Part shown: piece by piece, positions 54,924-64,000 of the stretch
Numbering within the stretch: the stretch's first letter is position 1
Layout of the letters: every line of letters starts with the position of its first letter
Program-made: the position numbers and the translations under genes
The notes under the pieces: generated by a model
Told to the model about the DNA's origin: nothing
Seen by the model: the letters and a program-made list of their open reading frames with translations, nothing else
Databases searched by the model: none
Source: Octopus bimaculoides
Lineage: Eukaryota
Assembly: GCF_001194135.2 (NCBI RefSeq)
Contig: NC_068992.1
Coordinates: 65,184,283 to 65,248,282, forward strand
Direction of reading: 5' to 3'
Length of the DNA: 64,000 nt

Positions 54924-55681
54924 CATTAGATGCAACAGCGCTGATGAAACAAGAACAATACAAGGTGAAACAGCAAGTATCGTCGGCCCTTTGAAATTAT
55001 GTTGAATGAAGAAACCCCCAAGAGTAAACACCACTCCTTTCCTTTATCCTCCATGAATTTTAGAGCTCAATCCCAGGTATCCCCTTATACGCTTTCGAAA
55101 GGTAAGTTACTCCTGTACATTATAAAATAGTCATTCGTGCACACGTGGAAGATTTGGTATTTAGTTCGTGGCTCTAATGTAACTATAAACTCTAAAACTG
55201 CGCTCTATATTTTGAAGATATTTTTTGTTGGTAAGGCCGTCCATTACTGAACTATATTTCAATAGTTTGCTGCGTTCTTAAGTTATACAAAACGCAAGAA
55301 AGATAGGCTTAGAGCCAATGATAGTTCTACATTGAGGAAATTATGTAGAACATATAAACATATTTTAAGCTGATAAATGAAGAGAAAGCATGGAACACAC
55401 AAAATAGAAAATTGAAACCTATAAAGTTTCGGTAATATTGAATTTGTAATAGAAGATACTATGGCTTTGGACACAAGAGATAAAACAATCTTATTGCAAA
55501 TACATCTGTGGTTATATGTGCGCAAACGCGTATGCATGGGCATACATACAATCAAACACACACGCATACACACACACACACACATATAAACACCTGTATG
55601 TATATTTGTATGTGAGCGCGCGTGTTTGTTCGGATGTGTGTTTACGTACACATTTATTTATATATGTAGATATATATATGC

Positions 55682-55713
<32 letters not shown>

Positions 55714-55885
55714 NNNNNNNNNNNNNNNNNNNNNNNNNNNNNNNNNNNNNNNNNNNNNNNNNNNNNNNNNNNNNNNNNNNNNNNNNNNNNNNNNNNNNNN
55801 NNNNNNNNNNNNNNNNNNNNNNNNNNNNNNNNNNNNNNNNNNNNNNNNNNNNNNNNNNNNNNNNNNNNNNNNNNNNNNNNNNNNN

Positions 55886-55916
<31 letters not shown>

Positions 55917-56636
55917 CAGTCAAGTGACATTACAAACAAAACAGATTTCAACTACTTCTTAGATTTCTATGTACGCATTTAAATTTCAAATGAATTCTTG
56001 TGCAGATGCAAGTAACCCAAGGAGAATGAAATGTGAAGATCTGTTATAGCACCTTCTGACATTTCAACATTTTTCTATGCTCCGTACCTTGGTATTTTGG
56101 GATGTATACTGATACCACCTGCAAAAGTAATGATAATTGATGCATTATTTTCACCACACCTATAATACTGTTGAATAATAAAGTTCCTGGTGTGCTTAAT
56201 AGAACAAAGTTATTTTTACGAGTTAATTTCACCCTGAAAGGCGATTTGAATGTAGTATATTTATTTTCGCTTAGTCGAAGCCCCTGAGATGCCATCTCAG
56301 AGCCCTGGAATGCGGACGCCGAAATTTCTGAATCCCCACATTATCCCAATTAGAACCAACATTACTTTCTTTTAATTTCACAATATTTCAACAATCTTCC
56401 TATTAAGACAAACATTGATAATCTTTTTTGGGAGTTGATGCGTGTCAGTCATGTTGTCTTAGACTTTAGAAGTTAATGCTCAGTCGAACTCTAAAACATT
56501 TTCTCGTCATCCTGACTTTCAAAGAAGTCGCTTAAAACTAATTAGATTTGATATTTGTGACGGAACTTGAGGTACACAGTTAAGTACGGCGAGTTGCCAA
56601 CAAGCAATGCTCAGACTGTTTCCTAATAGTCCCTTT

Positions 56637-57003
56637 TGGAGGAGCAATGGCCCAGTGGTTACGGCGGCGGACAACACGGTTTCGATTCCCAGACCGGGCG
56701 TTGTGAGTGTTTATTGAGGGAAAACACCAAAAGCTCCACGAGGCTCCGCAGGGGATGGTGGCGAACTCTGATGTATTCTTTCACCACCACTTTCTCTCAC
56801 TCTTTTTTCCTGTGTCTGCTATATCTGTATTTCAAAAGGCCAGCCTTGTAACGCTCTGTGTCATGCTGAATCTCCCCGAGAACTACGTTAGGGATACACG
56901 TGTCTGCGGATCGTTCAGCCACTTGCACGTTAATTTGACGAGCAGGCTGTTCCGTTGAGCGGGTTAAACGGAACCCTGGTCGTCCTAACCGATGGGGTGC
57001 TAC
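56637..57003 (+). mobile_element. tRNA-derived SINE family C
   Basis: tggaggagcaatggcccagtggtta..ggtttcgattcccagaccgggcg (B box) and body aligning with 25183-25565. Confidence 0.9.
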
Positions 57004-57004
57004 G

Positions 57005-57140
57005 ATTACCAGTGCTCCACTGGTATTCATTTTATCGATCTCGAAGGATGAAAGGGAAAGTTAACTTTGGCGGAATTTCCACTCAGAACGTAAAGGCGAA
57101 AGAAATACCGCTTGGTATTTTGACCACTCTGCTGCAAAGA
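57005..57140 (-). mobile_element. SINE family B fragment abutting SINE C
   Basis: ccagtgctccactggtattcattttatcgatctcgaaggatgaaagggaaagttaactttggcggaattt..ctcagaacgtaaag. Confidence 0.8.
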
Positions 57141-57208
57141 CTTTTTGAGTCATCGAGCATGGGTAAGGTAGAGTTAACCATCATCATCATCATCATAGAC
57201 GTCATCAT

Positions 57209-57249
<41 letters not shown>

Positions 57250-57829
57250 ATCATCATCATCATCATCTTTAACGATAACAACAATAACATTATCACTATC
57301 ATCGTCAACAACAAGGTCAACAAGTTTATCAGCATGGAAAAAAAAAAAAATCAGTAGAGCTATAAACGGTAAGAAATTATATTTATATGTTAATTATATG
57401 ATTAAGAAACAAAAAGAAAAAAAGCAATTCTAGTTTTATCAGGTTTGATTAAAACAATAAAAATCATAATTCCTTCACAACCAACCATCTTAGTAACGAG
57501 AATTGATACACAACGGTGCTTGTTTAGCGCTCTACCGATTTAAATACGATTATTATGAAAGTAGAAACAATATTTGTCAACGTTGATGAATAAGATTTCA
57601 ATAAAGTAAGTCTTATCATTAATTTCTTATCAATATATATTTAATTTTGAACAAGTTATTATAACATTTTCAATTGATTGTTTACCGTTTTTGTTTTACA
57701 CAGTCAATGACTCTCTTTCAGGCTGTGAATGATAACATATGAACGAATGAATAAAAAAGAAAGAAATCATAAACTCTTTCCTGTCAGATACTTTTTTTAT
57801 TTGAGTTCCAACTATTTAAAATTCTTTTT

Positions 57830-57885
57830 TGCTTTCATGATGATAATGATGATGATGATGATAATAATAATAATGATAATAATAA

Positions 57886-57972
<87 letters not shown>

Positions 57973-58010
57973 TTATTATTGTTATTATTATTATTATTAT
58001 CTATCTTTTT
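57830..58010. repeat. (GAT/AAT)n followed by (ATT)n tract
   Basis: Triplet arrays switching strand at ~57890. Confidence 0.9.
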
Positions 58011-59414
58011 ATTATTCCTTGATTATTTCTAAACTATTTCGTATGCAAAACAAGGCATGCAATCTATTTTGAAAATAATATGCATAATGGGAAAAACAAA
58101 ACAAAACAAAACTAAACTAACGCAAAATGCTCTTTTCTTTTTCTTCATTTTCTCTCTCATCTTTTTTTTTTTTAGATACTTTCTAATAATTTTTATCTCT
58201 GGATATTCATTTTAGAATATTAAATCAATCTTGAAATTCGTTGTTTTGCCCATTTTTATGTGTTTACTTTTATCCGTGTGATGCTTTCAGTTGAAGCTTT
58301 TATTCCTTTTTTAAAGTTCGATAAAAATTTATTTACGTTTTGTCTTCAAATATTTCGAGTATTGACAATAATGATGGCTCACCATAAAGTCCGAGAAAAT
58401 TTCTAAAGAAGATTGTATATACTACTTTTATCACAGAGTTTTTAACTATTTTACAAAGTAATTACTTTCTCTAAGAATCTCCTGCTTTATATTTCAATAT
58501 TCTAAGCTCAATTCCTATATCACAACTTCTACATCGAAATCTTGCATAACATTTTATAATACAACAAACCTTACATAACAGATGTGTCTACAATCGATAC
58601 ATTAGTCACTCGACCGGCTAGATGTAGCAACAACATCTCTCTATCTCATGCATTGGCGTCTTTAAACTACAAGTTCACATTGAATATTGTAGATTCCGAG
58701 ATACAAGTGCAATTCTATTAATTAAGAGCGTGTTTGATGGAAGCTGGCCACCGGTTATCGACGTCGGTAAATTATGACCCATGCCTATTGGTAGCTGAAT
58801 CGGTATTACTACAAGGACTTGTAGCATTTAGTGAAATTCTAAGTTTATCCCCACTCCGGGTGAAATTTTTTGTTCACCCCTCGTGTGTGAAGATTACAAA
58901 AGCAAATCAAATACCAGAGTAGATATAATTGACTGTAACCTCCTTCGCACGCCGGGCGAAATGCTCATAACATTCAATTTCGCTTCCGTAAAAACATTTT
59001 TTCCTAAGCATTAATTTCTCTATCTTCATGTTGGTGAAATAGTTTGTGTTTGTAAACAGTTTGAATCACCTCAGGGTATGTATTCATGTCTTTGGTTGTG
59101 CGTAACACCAGGATTCGAACTTATAACCTTGGAGTAAGAAGATCAATCATTAGGCAAGTGAGTGATTAAAAATTAATATTAAGCTCATTGCTATTAGTGC
59201 AAGACTCGATGCTCTGTGAGGAATATCGTTATTACATCAACTCCTATTTCCAATAATAAGATTTAAAAGCCATTAATTTCCTGACAGCTCTTCCATTAGT
59301 TTCTTTCACATTCTTACGCCAAAGTATCACTTCTCAGTCAACACTTGATGCCCTCTTTCTTTTCCCCTCTCCATTAATCTCTCCCTTCTCATATATAAAT
59401 ACGTGTGTATGTGC

Positions 59415-59454
<40 letters not shown>

Positions 59455-59887
59455 ACGTATGTGTATATNNNNNNNNNNNNNNNNNNNNNNNNNNNNNNNN
59501 NNNNNNNNNNNNNNNNNNNNNNNNNNNNNNNNNNNNNNNNNNNNNNNNNNNNNNNNNNNNNNNNNNNNNNNNNNNNNNNNNNNNNNNNNNNNNNNNNNNN
59601 NNNNNNNNNNNNNNNNNNNNNNNNNNNNNNNNNNNNNNNNNNNNNNNNNNNNNNNNNNNNNNNNNNNNNNNNNNNNNNNNNNNNNNNNNNNNNNNNNNNN
59701 NNNNNNNNNNNNNNNNNNNNNNNNNNNNNNNNNNNNNNNNNNNNNNNNNNNNNNNNNNNNNNNNNNNNNNNNNNNNNNNNNNNNNNNNNNNNNNNNNNNN
59801 NNNNTATATATATATATATATATTCAAATGCATAAACACTAACATATACACAAACATGTGTAGGTGTTCATATATATATATACCTAT

Positions 59888-59947
<60 letters not shown>

Positions 59948-60231
59948 GGAGAAAAGAGAGAGATACCTACATACGTACATATATTCATACAGACAGAAAG
60001 ACAGGGAGACGGACATAAAGAAACAGAGAAACCGAGAGAGAGAAACAGATTTCAAATGTGTGAACACGTGTATATTTGAGCATATGATGGCCATCTACGC
60101 ATTTTCTTAAGTGAATATTCACAGTTTCACTTCTAATACGGATAATACCTACCACTTATAGGGAGAGCTATTATGCATCTCTCTCTATCTTTCTTTGTCG
60201 CTGTCTTTCTGTTCGTCTTTCTCCATTTCTT

Positions 60232-60293
<62 letters not shown>

Positions 60294-61041
60294 AATACCG
60301 ACTGCATTGCAGTGGAAAGGTCGGCTGGTTAACTATAGAGCAAAACATTGCCATCTCTACATTCAGCCTGTGCACCCACACACCCAGTCCACATGCATAT
60401 AAATATATGCAGCATTAATTTAGTTATGCAGGACGAGAGCATATGGTTGTCGAGTCATTAGCGACTGTTCTTGCAATTTTCGTGTGTTCATTAAACTCTT
60501 TTGATAGAAACTTGCCCAAGCGTACGTCTGATTCAGTTATTCAAAATTATCGCTGTTAAAATGATCATATTTACTTTAAAACCATTCACTATGGTTTTAC
60601 GCAAGAAACTTTTGTCGAGTTCCGAACTGGATAATTCAAAAAGTTTGCTATTTTACAAGATCCTTCAACATTAATTACAACAAATTGCCAGCGTATTCCG
60701 TATGGGGACAAAAGGGTTAATCCTATTTACTGTCCTAACCAAGGAAAGGAAGGAGGTGTAAAGCAGTAAATCGTTCTCCGCTGCAGTTGATAATTTGTGC
60801 AATAAACATTTTTGCAAACTTTCAATGAAATGAAGTTTTTAAGGAAGTACTTATCCCATGAAAACCGCTAGTTTTTGGACGTAGATGAATTCCTCGCGTA
60901 GCAGCGAGACAGAAATGGCCCGACAGGTAGACAAACAATACGCGCGCGCACCCATGCGTACATGCATACAGATATGCAATTTGGATGGTCATGATGATGA
61001 TAAATAATAATAGTAATAATAATGATAAGGAGAAGAAGAAG

Positions 61042-61074
<33 letters not shown>

Positions 61075-61463
61075 AGAAATAGAACATACGGGAAAGGGGG
61101 GGGGGAAATAAATAACTGCTCACTGGACATGAATTGAATGTTCTCCATACACCATCATTTATCGAACCTACATCATTACAATTTCGACACATTCCGATAT
61201 ACATAAATATATATTATATATATATATATANNNNNNNNNNNNNNNNNNNNNNNNNNNNNNNNNNNNNNNNNNNNNNNNNNNNNNNNNNNNNNNNNNNNNN
61301 NNNNNNNNNNNNNNNNNNNNNNNNNNNNNNNNNNNNNNNNNNNNNNNNNNNNNNNNNNNNNNNNNNNNNNNNNNNNNNNNNNNNNNNNNNNNNNNNNNNN
61401 NNNNNNNNNNNNNNNNNNNNNNNNNNNNNNNNNNNNNNNNNNNNNNNNNNNNNNNNNNNNNNN

Positions 61464-61510
<47 letters not shown>

Positions 61511-61521
<11 letters not shown>

Positions 61522-61680
61522 GATATACAACGGGCTTCAACTTATTTCCCGCCTGCCAAGTTCCATCAAAAGGCATTTGTAGATCAGAGGTAAGGATAGA
61601 AAATTGTTTCGCAGCCTGGCGTGCAGTAGGACGGACGCTTAAAACACGTCGGTGACAAAACATGTCGTTAACCACACAAA
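61511..61680 (-). mobile_element. Degenerate SINE family A copy
   Basis: atatacaacgggcttc = reverse complement of gaagcccgttgtatat; ends aaccacaca; adjoins (TG)n and a gap. Confidence 0.5.
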
Positions 61681-62528
61681 CATACCTACACCTCTATATT
61701 TGTCTATATGTATTTTTATATAGAAAGAGAGGGAGAGAGAGAGAGGGGGGTGAGTGAGATAAAAGTGAAAGAATGACCTAAACATACAATATCAGTGTAA
61801 ATGAGTCAAGCAGTCTCTGTTTATATTCTACCATTTTCCCGGAGTCTACCACTACAAGATGGTCTCACTGTAAATGATTGAAGATTTCAACTTCTTTGTC
61901 AACCTTTGTCACGTTCACCAATCATTCTCTACTCTCACCACACCGCGAACCCTTAGCTTAGAGTTACAACATTATTTTGAGACAATCAACATCAGACACT
62001 TAAAAAAATAAAACGTGTTCTCCTACAAAATAAAAAGAAAACAACTGAAAAACTCACACCTATTTCTAATCTTTGATCTTTCTTTTTTGATTTTGTGCAG
62101 CAATTTCTATAAATCTGTCTGATAGAAAATCTATTGATAAAAGTTCGATACCATCGATTCCAAAAAATGCCACGACATATCGATACGTAATACTATAGAT
62201 CTACTACAATAAAATGTTAGCACAATTTCTTTCATCTTTCCTTCATTTGTGATCCCTGCCCCTGCAATATATGTTAACTGCCTCATCTAACTTCGTTCAT
62301 TCTCTTCATATTTCACTTTGTCTCTCCATCAATTACTCTTTCTCTTTCAGTCTGTCTGTATATTGCCCCCACCACATACACACACACACACAGAAAGACA
62401 CATATACACTCTGTTTGTCTGCTTCTCTCTCTTCTTCTCTCCTTCTCCCCCTGATATTGTTGAGGATAGAAACACTGCTTCACACTTTGAGGCACAAACG
62501 AAGATGTATCACTGTATGTATAAATACA

Positions 62529-62640
62529 TACACTAATCCCTCGACTATCGCGGATGTTACGTTCCAAAACTTCCGCGATAGGTGAACCGCTATAGGTGAA
62601 GCGCGATAAGTGAAGCGCGATAGGTGAAGCGCTATATGGC
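62529..62640 (+). mobile_element. Tigger/pogo-like terminus with internal 14-bp tandem repeats
   Basis: TAcactaatccctcgactatcgcggatgttacgttccaaaa matches the reverse complement of 10523-10600; then about 4 copies of gcgataggtgaagc. Confidence 0.65.
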
Positions 62641-62805
62641 GAAGGCTTACTGATATGTATATATATANNNNNNNNNNNNNNNNNNNNNNNNNNNNNNNNN
62701 NNNNNNNNNNNNNNNNNNNNNNNNNNNNNNNNNNNNNNNNNNNNNNNNNNNNNNNNNNNNNNNNNNNNNNNNNNNNNNNNNNNNNNNNNNNNNNNNNNNN
62801 NNNNN

Positions 62806-62964
62806 GCCTCACGCTTAGAGGGACTAAATAAGTCAAAACTACCAAAAATAAGCACATATTTACCGAAAGCGAGGGAATGCAATTTTCAAAGTTAACCTCG
62901 CTTTCGGTAAATATATGCTTATTTTTGGTAGTTTTGACGTATTTAGTCCCTCTAAGCGTGAGGC
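62806..62964. mobile_element. Near-perfect palindrome (69-bp arms, 21-bp loop), young MITE candidate
   Basis: 62806-62874 vs 62896-62964 reverse complement, 2 mismatches; left flank is a gap. Confidence 0.85.
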
Positions 62965-63224
62965 ATTATTATATAGTAATGCCCTTATATAAATTATATA
63001 TATTTACGGAAAAAAACGATGGGTTTTTTTCCTTATGGGTTTTTTCACGCTGACTACTTGATAAATTCTTATAAAGATTTTATCCTATATTATATTATAT
63101 ATATATCGATATATATGTATGTATGTATTTAAACATATATGTTATCGTAAAAGACTAGTTAATTGCAACATCAAATTCAAAGGTCACCGTGCCTAGGGAA
63201 GTATTGTGAGTGACTTCCGTAGAC

Positions 63225-63375
63225 GGTAGCTGAAAATAAGTGGCCCATGGAATACGTACAAGGCTTAAAAACACAAATAATAAATATCGGGGTGAATTCG
63301 TTAGATTAAAAACATTCTATGTGGTGCTGCAGCATGGTCGCAGTCTAATGACAGAAACATGTAAAAAATAAAAGG
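63225..63375 (+). mobile_element. SINE family A 3' tail fragment
   Basis: ggtgctgcagcatggtcgcagtctaatgacagaaacatgtaaaa matches the tail of 1016-1305. Confidence 0.55.
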
Positions 63376-64000
63376 TATGTAGGAAAACGCACACACACAC
63401 ACACACTTTCTCTGTCTGTGTGTGTCTCTCTCCCTCTCTCCCTCACTCTCTCTGTCCCTCTTACAAACCCACATACTTCTCTGTGAACCTCTTCATATTC
63501 CGTACATCACGGCTGATTCAACAATGTTTAGAAAGAATTTGTATTTCGCTCAGTGCTTCTCTTCTTTTCCTCCTCAACCTTTTAAATTCGTCACCAGCTT
63601 TCAACTACCAAGAGACTAAAGCCATCCGTGCAATGCTCCATTTACCTTACAATGTACATAACTCTTATCAAGCCAGTCCCATTACATCTGACATATGAAA
63701 AAAAAAAAAAAAAGACAGAGAAGCAACGCTACTTTTACGGTTCATGTTTTAATCTGTTTTTTTTTTGCTCGGCTTTTCTTCCACTTTTGTTTCTTTGTCA
63801 TTCACAGTCTTTTACTTTCACTGTCATTCTCTCTGCAACGCTATTTATGGCACCCCCCTCTCTCTCTCCTTCTATCTCTTTCTATTTGTCTGTAACTATC
63901 CCACCTCTCTCTCACATACGCCACACACAAATACGAACACGCCCCTGCGTGCAAACACACGCATACGCAAATAAGCATATACTTTTAAGACTATATTTGC

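Noticed and set aside
60705-60720. aaagggttaa piggyBac-like end
   Set aside because: No matching opposite terminus found

Overview
This is a eukaryotic, AT-rich, repeat-saturated window from a draft short-read assembly with about 22 N-gaps, almost all flanked by (TA)n or (CA)n arrays. The SINE families resemble ones I recall from Octopus genomes, so a cephalopod origin is inferred but not verified. I could not recognise any intact protein-coding gene. Nearly all ORFs in the track are read-throughs of microsatellites or N-runs. What the sequence supports: (1) about 25 copies of at least four tRNA-headed SINE families (my labels A, B, C, E); (2) a frameshifted non-LTR retrotransposon RT fragment of R4/Dong type starting exactly at the end of an (AAT)n array (51684-52318); (3) decayed mariner, CR1/L2-like and RTE-like remnants; (4) Tigger/pogo-type ends and a hAT-like MITE; (5) four unrelated long palindromes; (6) a highly structured ~335-bp repeat (family F) between 31-bp direct repeats, with a hammerhead-like half-core, present three times including once as a fold-back; (7) a Penelope-type hammerhead relic; (8) a false duplication caused by a heterozygous microsatellite. 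A few short splice-site-bounded exon candidates exist but occur at roughly chance level. No clearly new biological system is demonstrated. The best leads are family F and the microsatellite-anchored R4/Dong fragment.
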